Origin: Octopus bimaculoides
Lineage: Eukaryota
DNA: 64,000 bases
Direction: 5' to 3'
NCBI RefSeq assembly: GCF_001194135.2
Contig: NC_068981.1
Coordinates: 89,775,659-89,839,658, forward strand
Part shown: positions 37,456 through 49,619 of the stretch, in pieces
How positions within the stretch are numbered: the first letter of the stretch is position 1
Layout of the letters: each line of letters begins with the position of its first letter
The notes under the pieces: generated by a model
Told to the model about the DNA's origin: nothing
What the model saw: only the letters and a program-made list of their open reading frames with translations
Database searches by the model: none
Translations under genes and position numbers: made by a program

Positions 37456-38296
37456 TTCCTAACTCAGAAATAATATAAGCAAAGAATGGGAGACAGTGTT
37501 ATATTTCGGTGGCTTTCGAACTGAAAAGGTAACGAAATGTAGTTAAATGTCCCAAGCTCTTCTGGCTTACCTTGTCTGCAACCCAGTGTCCTCTTTAATC
37601 ATGAGATATAATGCATTTCTAAACTGGAACTTATTTTGTCAATCCTGAAAGGATGTAAAGCGAATTCGGTCTCGGGAGAATTTGAAATAACTTAGAGTTA
37701 TACAACAAATATCGTATGATTTCTCTACGAACCTCAAGTAATATTGCTTATTTACTGATCTGGGAACATAAGCCTAAGGCCACAATTCTGTCATTCGATT
37801 AAATTGATTTCAGTACACGCTTGGTATTCATGTTATCTGCCTACGTAGGATAAAAAGTAAAGTCAAAGAATATTGTCCAAGGTGTCTCGCAGTGGAGTCT
37901 TTACTCGGGACTCACAATTTCTTAATTATTCAGCAGTTTTTACATATACACATGTACACAAGCATGACGCACATAACGAAAGACAAATATATATATATAC
38001 ACACACACACACGCACACACAGGCGAAAGTATGAGAGCACTCATTCTAGGACACACGCAAATTTTTCCATGAACAATATGTTCAGAGTAAAGTTCCCAGC
38101 TACACACTGCGTACATATGTATGTGTGTGAGGCAGAGAGGGAGAAAAAGAAAAAGAGTGCGTGTGTTTATGTATGTATGTATGTATGTATGTATGCATGT
38201 GTAAGAATAGGTATGGTTAAATGAATATCTGTTTCTTAGTGCTAAAGCAATAACAATAACAGCTTTCATATTATCAAAGGAATCAAACATTTCTTT

Positions 38297-38325
38297 TACA
38301 ACAACAACAGCAACAACAACAACAA

Positions 38326-38361
<36 letters not shown>

Positions 38362-38380
38362 CTCCAGGAACAACAACAAA
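38297..38380. repeat. (CAA)n microsatellite
   Basis: Direct reading. Confidence 0.9.
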
Positions 38381-39188
38381 ACGACTAAAAAATCTACAAG
38401 AAGAGTTTACGAAACCACGAAACAAAAATCACCGTGATCGTCTTGATGTAGCTTCTGAAATGCCGCACTTAGAAATAAATCGATCGGAAGTGAGGAAAGG
38501 GAAAAACAGAAACCAATGAGGAGCAATGATTTTTAAAGAATTTTTTGTAGTTCATAATTCTTCTCCATTCTTTATCTCTCTCTACCTTTATTTCTTTCTC
38601 TGCCGCAATTTATTTTTCTCTCTCGTTTTTACATACCTTTTGGTTTATCTTCTCATCTGTCTAGCTAGCGGTTAACTATGAATCTATCACTGCGTCTCTC
38701 TTCGTGATAATTCAGCATGCTCTATATGTTAAAATATTTACATATGTAAGCATGTATGCATTCGTATGCGTATGCATTTATGGATGTATGCATGTGTGTA
38801 TGAAAAGCATATGTGTCAGATATAGTAATATCTATTATAATTTTTCATGTTTATGCTGGTAGCAAATGATGAACAAATATTTAGAAATGCATAACATAAA
38901 AATGTCATATAAAAATATAGCACTTTACATTATGTCTGTGTATGTGTTGTATACAATATGCGCGTGCATGTGTGTCTATGCATACACTGTATGCATNNNN
39001 NNNNNNNNNNNNNNNNNNNNNNNNNNNNNNNNNNNNNNNNNNNNNNNNNNNNNNNNNNNNNNNNNNNNNNNNNNNNNNNNNNNNNNNNNNNNNNNNNNNN
39101 NNNNNNNNNNNNNNNNNNNNNNNNNNNNNNNNNNNNNNNNNNNNNNNNNNNNNNNNNNNNNNNNNNNNNNNNNNNTATATATACATAC

Positions 39189-39259
<71 letters not shown>

Positions 39260-39294
39260 CATACATACACACACGCACACACACATATGGTATT

Positions 39295-39720
39295 AGCTTA
39301 ACGCTTTACCCGAAAGATAGTCTTGACGTTTCGGACACCAGTCTTTTATCAGACGAAAAACAAATCATAGAAGAAGCGAGAAAGAATAATTGTCAGCGAG
39401 AGAGAAAATAAAAACACTCGAAGAAGTAGGAGTTAGTTGGAAATGCGGTTCCAAGGATGGGATGGAGTGTAAAATGATGTATGTGTGTGTTTGTCCTGGA
39501 ATCTATAAGAGGTGGGGGGATGGGGGGGATGTCTTTTCAGTGGGAAGAGATATGCGTAAAAGTGTACATATGAGGAAATATAGTGGTGTGGGTTAGGGAA
39601 GATGAGTGGTATTCTTGCGTGTAACCGTTGTGTGCGAAGAAAGCGTGTATGTGAGGAGATGGGAATGGGCGCGAGTACGAAGCACAGGGAAGGTAATTGG
39701 AATGCGGAGAGAGAGACAGA
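39295..39720 (-). mobile_element. Decayed Penelope-like 3' end with a minimal hammerhead motif
   Basis: Reverse complement: ...FTLHPILGTAFPTNS-like decayed GIY-YIG tail, then tctgataaaagactggtgtccgaaacgtcaaga...gcgttaagctaatac. Confidence 0.55.
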
Positions 39721-39754
39721 AGAAGGTTTGAACTATATATATAGAGAGAGAGAG

Positions 39755-39921
39755 ACGCAGCAGTGGCTGTGTGGTAAAAAGCTAGCTTCCCAACCACATG
39801 ATTCCGGGTAGAGTCCCACTGCGTGGTACCTTGCTCAAGTGTCTTCTATCATAGCATTGGGCCGACCAGTCTTGTGAGTGGAGTTTGTAGACGGAAACTG
39901 AATGAAGCCCACCGTTTATGC

Positions 39922-39962
<41 letters not shown>

Positions 39963-40068
39963 TAATTGTGTGTCTCTGTTTCTGTCCCCCCCCACCATCG
40001 TTTGACAGCCGATGCTGGTGTTTTTACGCCCCCGTAACTTAGCGGTTCAGCAAAAAAGACCGATAGAA
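39755..40068 (+). mobile_element. SINE family A running into a gap
   Basis: cagtggctgtgtggtaaaaagc...gtcccactgcgtggtaccttgctcaagtgtcttcta...gaccgatagaa. Confidence 0.9.
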
Positions 40069-40962
40069 NNNNNNNNNNNNNNNNNNNNNNNNNNNNNNNN
40101 NNNNNNNNNNNNNNNNNNNNNNNNNNNNNNNNNNNNNNNNNNNNNNNNNNNNNNNNNNNNNNNNNNNNNNNNNNNNNNNNNNNNNNNNNNNNNNNNNNNN
40201 NNNNNNNNNNNNNNNNNNNNNNNNNNNNNNNNNNNNNNNNNNNNNNNNNNNNNNNNNNNNNNNNNNNNNNNNNNNNNNNNNNNNNNNNNNNNNNNNNNNN
40301 NNNNNNNNNNNNNNNNNNNNNNNNNNNNNNNNNNNNNNNNNNNNNNNNNNNNNNNNNNNNNNNNNNNNNNNNNNNNNNNNNNNNNNNNNNNNNNNNNNNN
40401 NNNNNNNNNNNNNNNNNNNNNNNNNNNNNNNNNNNNNNNNNNNNNNNNNNNNNNNNNNNNNNNNNNNNNNNNNNNNNNNNNNNNNNNNNNNNNNNNNNNN
40501 NNNNNNNNNNNNNNNNNNNNNNNNNNNNNNNNNNNNNNNNNNNNNNNNNNNNNNNNNNNNNNNNNNNNNNNNNNNNNNNNNNNNNNNNNNNNNNNNNNNN
40601 NNNNNNNNNNNNNNNNNNNNNNNNNNNNNNNNNNNNNNNNNNNNNNNNNNNNNNNNNNNNNNNNNNNNNNNNNNNNNNNNNNNNNNNNNNNNNNNNNNNN
40701 NNNNNNNNNNNNNNNNNNNNNNNNNNNNNNNNNNNNNNNNNNNNNNNNNNNNNNNNNNNNNNNNNNNNNNNNNNNNNNNNNNNNNNNNNNNNNNNNNNNN
40801 NNNNNNNNNNNNNNNNNNNNNNNNNNNNNNNNNNNNNNNNNNNNNNNNNNNNNNNNNNNNNNNNNNNNNNNNNNNNNNNNNNNNNNNNNNNNNNNNNNNN
40901 NNNNNNNNNNNNNNNNNNNNNNNNNNNNNNNNNNNNNNNNNNNNNNNNNNNTATATATATAT

Positions 40963-41745
40963 AAGTGAAGGTTAGTAAAAAAAATTACACGCACCTTTTT
41001 TTTAATCATTATTTATTAAACAAAAGCAAAGCATTATTTGAACAATTACAGCATTTTTCAAAATAGTCTTTGCTTTTCGATGCACTTCTTCCATGGTCCA
41101 CAAGCTTGCTTATTTTGTCAGAGGAAAGGTTTTCGGCTGGTTGCACAGCTAGTTATGCACCCCTTCCTTTCGCTCCATCGCCGTAGTGGTCGAGTAAGCG
41201 TTGACAGAACTCCACACGATTGCACTTATTCGCTTCGGTAAGCCGTCTTTGAACCCATCTAGCATAGACTCTATGGAAGCAAAGCTCGTCGTGGATGATT
41301 TCATATGCAGAACTATGATTAGCTTGTAAAAAGCATGCCACCTCATCGATGGTCACTCGTCGGTTCGCTAGAACCATCTCTCGTGCTTTTTGAGTTTTCA
41401 CTCAGTGGTGGAGGTTGATGGTGGTCTTGTCCCTCTTCCTGCTTCACATTAGTTCGGCAATTTTTAACTTCTCGATCTACTCATACATACTACTACGGAG
41501 TAGAACGCTGTCTCCGTATTATACTGAGATCCTGCGAGGAATTCCAGCCTTGACACACCTTCAGACTAAAGGAATCGAATCACTGATCACTATTCTTCCT
41601 CGGTGAACAGTGCCAGCGGATTAGCTATGTTTATTTTGTAGTTTGTAACAAGAACGAAAATAGGAGTGATCGAGGTGAAACCTGGGTGTACGTAACTATA
41701 AGTGTACCAACTTTTAGCACGCGAGCGCTGAAGTTAGAGCAGCCA
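40963..41745 (-). mobile_element. Internally deleted mariner transposon
   Basis: Pieced translation MANPL..SVIRFL.SEG..YGDSVL..GRPSTSTT..AREMVLANRRVTIDEVA..IIHDELCFHRVYARWVQRRLT joined directly to the C-terminal VHNxLCNQPKTF..KLVDHGRKCIEKQ.DYFEK; the DDD catalytic core is absent. Confidence 0.9.
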
Positions 41746-41961
41746 ACCTAAAGAAATATATATATATATATATGTATGTATGCATGTACATATATACGAG
41801 ATGTCGGAGCAGATTTCCGCCCCGACATCCGAAACTCGGTATCTTATTATGGCAACAGAATAATTGTCACATATTATATTACAGATAAATTTCTCTATTT
41901 ACATAATATCGAGGTTTCATTCCTTCTTTTGTTGTCATGCCATTACTTTTAATATGTATAC

Positions 41962-41992
<31 letters not shown>

Positions 41993-43772
41993 NNNNNNNN
42001 NNNNNNNNNNNNNNNNNNNNNNNNNNNNNNNNNNNNNNNNNNNNNNNNNNNNNNNNNNNNNNNNNNNNNNNNNNNNNNNNNNNNNNNNNNNNNNNNNNNN
42101 NNNNNNNNNNNNNNNNNNNNNNNNNNNNNNNNNNNNNNNNNNNNNNNNNNNNNNNNNNNNNNNNNNNNNNNNNNNNNNNNNNNNNNNNNNNNNNNNNNNN
42201 NNNNNNNNNNNNNNNNNNNNNNNNNNNNNNNNNNNNNNNNNNNNNNNNNNNNNNNNNNNNNNNNNNNNNNNNNNNNNNNNNNNNNNNNNNNNNNNNNNNN
42301 NNNNNNNNNNNNNNNNNNNNNNNNNNNNNNNNNNNNNNNNNNNNNNNNNNNNNNNNNNNNNNNNNNNNNNNNNNNNNNNNNNNNNNNNNNNNNNNNNNNN
42401 NNNNNNNNNNNNNNNNNNNNNNNNNNNNNNNNNNNNNNNNNNNNNNNNNNNNNNNNNNNNNNNNNNNNNNNNNNNNNNNNNNNNNNNNNNNNNNNNNNNN
42501 NNNNNNNNNNNNNNNNNNNNNNNCAGGCTGTAAACATTCATTTGGATTTATTTATTAATTGATTACAATTATATGTATAAGTAATCAAAATAAGCAAATG
42601 AAATAAGCAACTAAACAAGTAAATAAATAGATTGAACAAAATATGAAAGATAATTATTAAATATTACAAGAAATTTTCCCATCAACCGTGATGTAGAATG
42701 CCTATACTTAAATTTAAAACGACCGAAGAAAATCTAATAACCGCAGTAAATCAAGTATTCAAAAATTAGTCATGAAACATTATGAAAATTGTAATGAAGT
42801 TCCTTAGAAGTATCACCTGAGTAATGACTAGGGAAACATGCACAAGGAGATTACTGTTTCAGCGCAACATTTATTTCTTCATTTGAAAGGTTTTCGGCGT
42901 ATCAACAGAAGTTCATGCATGGCCATGTTAGGAGAAATCTTCAAAGTGACTCTAACTTTGATAACCAAACAGTCTAGCTTGAACTAACAACCGATATTTA
43001 AGGCTATAGAGCTTTCAGTTGATAAACACCTTGTGAGATTCTGAGTGCAAATTGATAGTTAGAAACCTGTTGCACGTATATGTGTGTGGGTGTTTCTGTA
43101 TATGTGTGTATGTATATATGCATGTATAGCAAGTGTGTGCGTGTATACAAAGAGAGAAAACTATCCCGATTCGGTGATTGTAAGAAAGGAAGAACTCGAT
43201 GTTATTGTACATACACATATATTCAGTCATATCAATGCACACACACAAGTGTGTGTGTGTGTGTTTGTGTGTGTGTATATGTGTGTGTGTATGCTTCTAT
43301 GTGTGTGCCTGTGAGTGTGGGGGCGTGTAATTCTTAGTTCGATAACAAATTTTGTCTCTTTTGTGCACATTCCACAGGCAATTCTAATTTCTAATTGGCA
43401 TTGTTGCAGAGATGATTCGCAACAAATTCATTTGTTTCTCTAATAATCTTGCATTTGCAGTGCTTCAGTCTTTTGCAGTCTTTTACAAAACTAAAGCATC
43501 ACCTGTATAGCGTTTTGCAACAGTTTACTATTGAATTCTTGTATGAAAGTGAAATTAATGAGATGCCTGCACTTTGTCGCCTTTGAAGATTCAATGTCAC
43601 GAGGAATCCTTTCATATCAAAAAATGAATATCGTCCAGATATGTTTTGCGTCTCAGTATTTCATGATACGTCTGGGCTTGAAAATAATATTTGTCGTTGT
43701 TCTTGTTTAGGGCAAAGTCAGCCTTGATCAACTAGTTATTGTAATCAAAGACGTTCAAACCAGAATTATCCA

Positions 43773-43990
43773 GCGAGCTGGCAGAATCGTTAGCGTGCTG
43801 GACGAAATGCTTAATGGTATTTCGCCCGTCGCTACGTTCTGAGTTCAAATTCCGCCAAGGTCGACTTTGTCTTATATCCTTTCGGCGTCAATAAACTAAG
43901 TAACAGTAACACACTAGGGTTGATGTAATCGACTATCCTCCTCTACCCCCAAATTTCAGGCCTTGTGCCTATAGTACAAAGGATTATTAA
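43773..43990 (+). mobile_element. SINE family C, near full length
   Basis: gcgagctggcagaatcgttagcgtgctggacg...gttctgagttcaaattccgcc...ggccttgtgcctatagtacaaaggattatt. Confidence 0.9.
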
Positions 43991-43991
43991 T

Positions 43992-44800
43992 ATTATTCAG
44001 TAGTCTTATTTGTATCGAGTGCTTTCACTGTATGTGCTGCGGTTTGTTGTGATGCTCTCATTTTTATTGTATTGAAAGTGTTTTACGGAGGATGTGTGCG
44101 GTGCTTAGTAGCGCTATTTCTTGTATGTTATATATACTTGTCAGTCCTGGTGATTTTGTTATGTATCTGTCTGAATATTTTTTATCATATCTAATGCGTC
44201 TACTATGATATGAATTGTTTCTGTTTTTAGATTCCACATTCGAGTTACCTCTATTTCCAGGTCTTCGTATTTTGAAAATTTCTCCGTTTCTTTTAGAGAA
44301 ACATCGCCACCTGTTGGCATTGATACCTCAATTAGAAAACATTTTTTTTCCTTGATGATCTCTGACAACTGTATCCGGCCTATTGGCCTTAATTTCTCTG
44401 TCTGTGTGTATTGGCATATCCCAGAGTACGGTTGCTTTCTCATTTCCTGTGACCTTTTCTGGCGTGTGTTTATACCATCTTTTTCCTGTTGTTATTCCAT
44501 AGTGTTGGCACAGCTTCCAGTGTATATAGGTCCCAACTTCGTCATGTCTGTGAATATATTACTTCTTAGCCAGGACTGGGCAGCCAGAGACAATATGATT
44601 TATTGTTTCTTGTCCATCTCCACATTTTCTGCAGTTAGTTTTTGTATTTCTTTTCATTACATGTTTTTGGCAATTTCTGGTGGACAAAGCTTTGAGATTG
44701 TGCTGCAATTAAAAATCCTTTAGTCTGTGCCATTAGTTGGAATTTTGCTTTGTGTATGTCGTTTTGGCTTAGTTTAATCCAATATTTGCCATCAAGGGGC
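43992..44800 (-). pseudogene. 5'-truncated R4/Dong-clade LINE (second family)
   Basis: CRKCGDGQETINHIVSGCPVLAKK*YIHRHDEVG..WKLCQHY..LWDMPIHTDREIKANRPD..CFLIEVSMP..EKFSKYEDLEIEVTRMWNLK..LLSTAHILRKTLSIQ*; 3' UTR ends ctactgaataata; (TTA)n at 44805-44830. Confidence 0.92.
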
Positions 44801-44804
44801 TTTT

Positions 44805-44827
44805 ATTATTATTATTATTATTATTAT

Positions 44828-44888
<61 letters not shown>
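44805..44888. repeat. (TTA)n plus (TAG)n array
   Basis: Direct reading. Confidence 0.95.
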
Positions 44889-44889
<1 letters not shown>

Positions 44890-44914
44890 ATGCTATATTG
44901 ATGTTGTTATTCTT

Positions 44915-45125
44915 TTTCGCATACCATCAAAGTAATGCTGAGGTAGAAATATGCGAAGGTTGACATACCCATCATGACTGCCCGTCTGATAAGGGTAAAC
45001 CAGGGACATGCATCACAACCATATGTGCACTATATGGTGATCTCATATCAAGATAAATAACGCATGACCTTGCACGTGGGGCCAATTACAATTCAGATCG
45101 AGTAGTCCTTCCCGTTCAAAATGCT
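44915..45125 (-). mobile_element. Unnamed TAA-associated element (family F), 3' part
   Basis: tacccatcatgactgcccgtctgataagggtaaaccagggacatgcatcacaaccatatgtgc...tcatatcaagataaa is homologous to 55834-55930. Confidence 0.8.
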
Positions 45126-45139
45126 CCTGAAGATAGGTT

Positions 45140-45335
45140 ATGGTTCAGTGGTTAGAATGTTACGACGTCACTGATACCATGTCATATCGGCCTTTGCCTT
45201 TCCTTGGATGACATCGGTGACGTGGAGAGAGAAAGCTGGTATGCATGTGTAACTGTTGGTCTTCCATAAAAAAAACTCTTGCCTGGACTTGATGCAATCC
45301 CATAGTCATTCACGACCGAAAGCGGTCTTTACCCT
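45140..45335 (+). mobile_element. SINE family D, internally deleted
   Basis: ggttcagtggttagaatg head; tail gtcattcacgaccgaaagcggtcttt shared with 51410-51447. Confidence 0.65.
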
Positions 45336-45627
45336 CTTTTCTAGTATTAACTTATAAAGACGTAATTCTTCATTGTGACACCAACACTGTTACACTAATA
45401 TGCTCGTGAGTAGAGTGAAGCATATCTGTGTAGCTAAGCGGTTTTGGTTCGCAATGGTGAGAAAGTGTCTTATACAATGCAGGGGGGATTAGAGAGACCT
45501 TTAATGCACGAACTGGCAGATACTGTCAGCTCCCAAATATACTACCTTTGAAATCATGAACAAAAATACTCTATTGTACCAGTCTGATATTTAAAGGTTC
45601 CCAGCTGTTCAACTACTTATCTAAAGA

Positions 45628-45711
45628 AATCAGAAGTATAACAATAACCGCTGTTAAAAGAATAAAAAATTTTTTATTGTTTTAACAGCGGTTATTTTTA
45701 TACTTCTGATT
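45628..45711. other. 84-bp loopless palindrome (42-bp arms, 2 mismatches)
   Basis: aatcagaagtataacaataaccgctgttaaaagaataaaaaa|ttttttattgttttaacagcggttatttttatacttctgatt, checked base by base. Confidence 0.95.
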
Positions 45712-45769
45712 AAGCTCCTAACGACTATACTGGACCAGCCTACCATTCAAGAATACATTCAGAGAAGAT

Positions 45770-46135
45770 CAGCTACTACAAACTCGATCATAGATCAAAC
45801 TCGATCATAAATTTGTTTCCTGAATCTCTTTCACTTGCACTAGACTCGCACACATCCATCATCACTTGTAGCCGCAATCGCTGATTCACAAGCATTCGTA
45901 GACTGACTTAGAAATTTCTTTTTAAAAAGCAAGTCTAGAGTCTTTTGCTTAGAAGCTTTTTTATTTCGTTCTCTATAAATTTCTCGGTAATACACAGAAG
46001 CATTTTTTATGGTAGTAGAAACTTTTGCACTTCGTTCAAAATTTGGTTGTTTAACCTTTTCATATTTATTATTAAATAAAACTCGTAAAGCCGGGGTTTC
46101 GTAAAGCGGGTCCTCTAAAAGTGAGGTATTACTGT
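45770..46135 (-). mobile_element. Pogo/Tigger-like DNA transposon end
   Basis: Terminal gaggtattactgta (inverse tacagtaatacctc, a TA-CAGT Tigger-type TIR) with paired cgtaaagc sub-terminal motifs; the other end is not evident. Confidence 0.5.
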
Positions 46136-46141
46136 ATATCT

Positions 46142-46189
<48 letters not shown>

Positions 46190-46191
<2 letters not shown>

Positions 46192-46410
46192 GTATTCGTG
46201 TCTGTGTTTGTCCTCCACTGCCGCTTGACAACCAGTGATGGTTTGTTTATGTTCCTGTAATATAGCGGTTCGACCTAAGAGAACGATAGAATAAGTACTA
46301 GGTTTTAAAAATAAATTTTTTAATTCTGGGTCGATTTGTTCGTCTAAAATCTCTTAAGGCGGTGCACCAGCATGGCCGCAGTCAAATTACTGAAGCAAGT
46401 AAAAGAATAT
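46190..46410 (+). mobile_element. SINE family A 3' half
   Basis: gtgtttgtcc...gcttgacaacc...gatagaataagtactagg...ccagcatggccgcagtcaa...aagtaaaaga. Confidence 0.85.
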
Positions 46411-47039
46411 ATAATATGGAGATATTACATAAATAACTGACCACGACTGTTATTATTCAATTAAGTACTCAATATATATTACAATACTTGATTATATGCA
46501 TATTTGACTATTCACTCTAGTATTGAATTAACACTTCAAAGTTAGTATTCTAACTCTCCCAGGAGAATAAAATATTGAAACCGGTACTTAATTGTTTTAT
46601 ATAAAAACACTCGAATTAACAGAAAAGTAATCAAAATAAAACAGAAACAAAACAGTAGACCTAACTTATTTATATTTATTGTTTTCTTCTCACCAAATGG
46701 GCAATTGGAGCCTAACATAGACTATACATGTAATCCTAATTTTCAAAACTATTTTCAAAAAGGACTTAATATCAACAATTATTCAGTATAAAACAAATGT
46801 AAACTGATTATATATTCAATAATTGCTTAATGCTATAGACAGTGATAACGCTTTGAAGAAGTAGATAAATAAATAAATTGATAAATTAAAAAGCATAACT
46901 GCAACGAGATATGATATACCGTCAGCAAGTTCTCCAAAACGGTGGCCATGATTTGTGCTCTAAATTATCAAATTGTTATGGCAGTGTTGAAGTGTATACA
47001 TTTATAAATCAGGATATGTGTATGCCTGTGTGCGTCTGC

Positions 47040-47077
<38 letters not shown>

Positions 47078-47286
47078 GTGTTTGCGTGCGTGTGTGTGCG
47101 TGTTTGTGCGCGTATGTGTATATAAAATGTGTATATAAAATTACATACCTATCAATATAGATACATATATATATTACAAATACACACTCATATATATATA
47201 TACACATACAAACACACGCAACACACACGCATACACACGCGCACACACATTCACACACACATACAAACACACATACACACACAGGC

Positions 47287-47335
<49 letters not shown>

Positions 47336-47804
47336 ATAAATTCCGTAATTACTATAAAATATAATGCCTGCTTCTAAAAAGAAGATCGAAGGCGTATATC
47401 GTGAATTTTCCCATTATAATATCTTTAGAAAGATAAAAGTTATCACAAAAACAACTAACTCTGGCATCGTAATATATATTCAGCCATGTTGGAATACCGT
47501 AGGAAGCTTCTGTTCAAATCACATCAAAAACATCATATTATTATTGTAAGTAATAATTAAATAACAATTGTTATAATTGTCAACAACCTAGCATCAAAAG
47601 AAGATCTATTCACATATTAATTTTCTAACAGCGTCCTATTAAATTATTAAATTAAGCTTTTCATCAAAGTATCGGCAGAGTGATATTATCATGCTGTTAT
47701 ATTAAAACTTTCGAATTATCGTATGTTGGTTGAGTTACTCATTTTGTACTGTAGAAAGTATGTTCTTAGGCTCTCGTTCTTTGCAGTCATATCTGATAAT
47801 TTAA

Positions 47805-47841
<37 letters not shown>

Positions 47842-47911
47842 NNNNNNNNNNNNNNNNNNNNNNNNNNNNNNNNNNNNNNNNNNNNNNNNNNNNNNNNNNN
47901 NNNNNNNNNNN

Positions 47912-48088
47912 TTTGGTTTGCAAGCTTCTTCATGTGAGTTCGTGTGTTGAAGCATATTCTGTTGTATCTGGGGAGAGTCATTCTCTTTTGGTGCCTTATA
48001 ATTTAATACACTCACCGGTAAAATTTCCACTTATTTCTTTTTTATTTTTCTAAAATTTTCGTTGCGTCTTGCAACCTTCTGAATAGTC
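47912..48088. mobile_element. Probable Penelope-associated repeat abutting the RT relic
   Basis: Contains a gttgc-aagac-gcaac-gaaa stem on the minus strand and lies directly 5' of the PLE RT. Assignment is inference. Confidence 0.35.
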
Positions 48089-48109
48089 GTTCGGCACACA
48101 ATTTCTAAG

Positions 48110-49085
48110 CATCCAACAATGATGTTCCTACACTATACGGGTTACGCAAAGATCACAAACTCTACATAAGGGGCCCCCAACCAGACCAGTTTGCAGAGCG
48201 AATATCTCCAGCAACTATAGTCTGTCCTACTTCCTCTCACAGGTATTACGACCTCTNNNNNNNNNNGCAACTATAGTCTGTCCTACTTCCTCTCACAGGT
48301 ATTACGACCTCTCATAGAGATGTCTCCAGATGTCTGTGTGAGCACGGAAGATCTCCTCAGTAAAATCAGTACTTGCAACGACTTCAACGACCTCACAGGT
48401 TGTGTAGTGGGTAGTATGGATGTGATCTCACTCTACCCATCTATGGACATAGATTTTGCTGTGGAGAAATGCATTCAGGTAATCTGTGAGAGTGAAGTGG
48501 AGTTCTGTAATGTCAACACGAGGGAACTGGGCCTCCGCGTCAGGACTAAGCTACGACAATGACTATTTAGATGACCATGACTTCAGTAGATTCTGCCCCA
48601 CCAGGTCACAGAGGGGAAGACCACCCACCATCACTTCAGCAGTGAAGAAAATCACCACAGAGCGCTGGAATGGCTGGACTGCACCTGCCCAAAACCCTGA
48701 GAACAACAATCAAGTGCAAGAAATGATTGCACATGCAATACGGGCTAGTATAAAAACCACCTTGAAGAACCACATAGTAAAGTTTAATAAAAAAAAAATA
48801 AAAAAAACTATACATGCAGGTCCAAGGTGCAGCCATCAGTGTCGGTGTAGCTGGAGGTGTAGCCGGCCTTTTTATGACCTGGTGGGACAGAAAACTTAAG
48901 CAAATATTAGCAGAACAGTCCACAACTCCTCTACTCTACAGTAGATATGTAGATGACATTAATATCACAGTTAGGACCAACTCTAATAACGGTAATATAG
49001 AAACTGAGAGAAACGTAATGGAGAGCATCCAGCAAGTAGCTAACTCCATCCACCATAGTATCAAGGTAACTATAGATTACCCCCC
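48110..49085 (+). pseudogene. Penelope-like reverse transcriptase relic with a long insertion between motifs A and B
   Basis: NDVPTLYGLRKDHK...GSMDVISLYPS...RFCPTRSQRGRPPTIT...NHIVKFN..YMQVQGAAISVGVAGGVAGLFM..RYVDDI..VANSIHHSIKVTIDYP across three frames. Confidence 0.9.
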
Positions 49086-49249
49086 ACTAAGCACCCCGTA
49101 TGTGTATATAAATTGTGTATATAAAATTATATATCTATCAATATAGATACATATATATTACACATACACTCATATATATACCCCAAGACAGATTCATATT
49201 TTCTAATAAGACTAATAACCTGTATGAAGTCAATTATTATTTCTATGAT

Positions 49250-49395
49250 CCCAGTACTCAACTGGTGCTCGTTTTATCGACCCCGAAACAATGAAATGTA
49301 AAGTCGACCTCGGCGGTATTTGAACTACGAACGTAGAGACAGACGAAATGCTACAAAGCATTTTGCTGGCGTGCTAACGTTTCTGTCAGCTCGCC
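49250..49395 (-). mobile_element. SINE family C, 3'-truncated
   Basis: cccagtactcaactgg...aaagtcgacctcggcgg...gcgtgctaacgtttctgtcagctcgcc. Confidence 0.85.
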
Positions 49396-49619
49396 AACTT
49401 ATATAGTAAAGGACATTAATACCAGAATTAGAGAGACTCACTAACCTAAACTACAACAAAGAGAAAACAGCAGTACTGTCATAGATTGGTTAAGGTATTT
49501 AAAGGGTAAACACAGAGCCAGATTTACACAGTTTGACATTGTATATTTTTATCCCTCAATATCGAGATCCATGCTAGATAAGGCGACTGAGTTCGGAAAA
49601 AGATATGTCAATATTGGCC

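Noticed and set aside
48211-48312. 46-bp direct repeat inside the PLE RT
   Set aside because: The copies flank a 10-N gap exactly; typical unmerged contig overlap.
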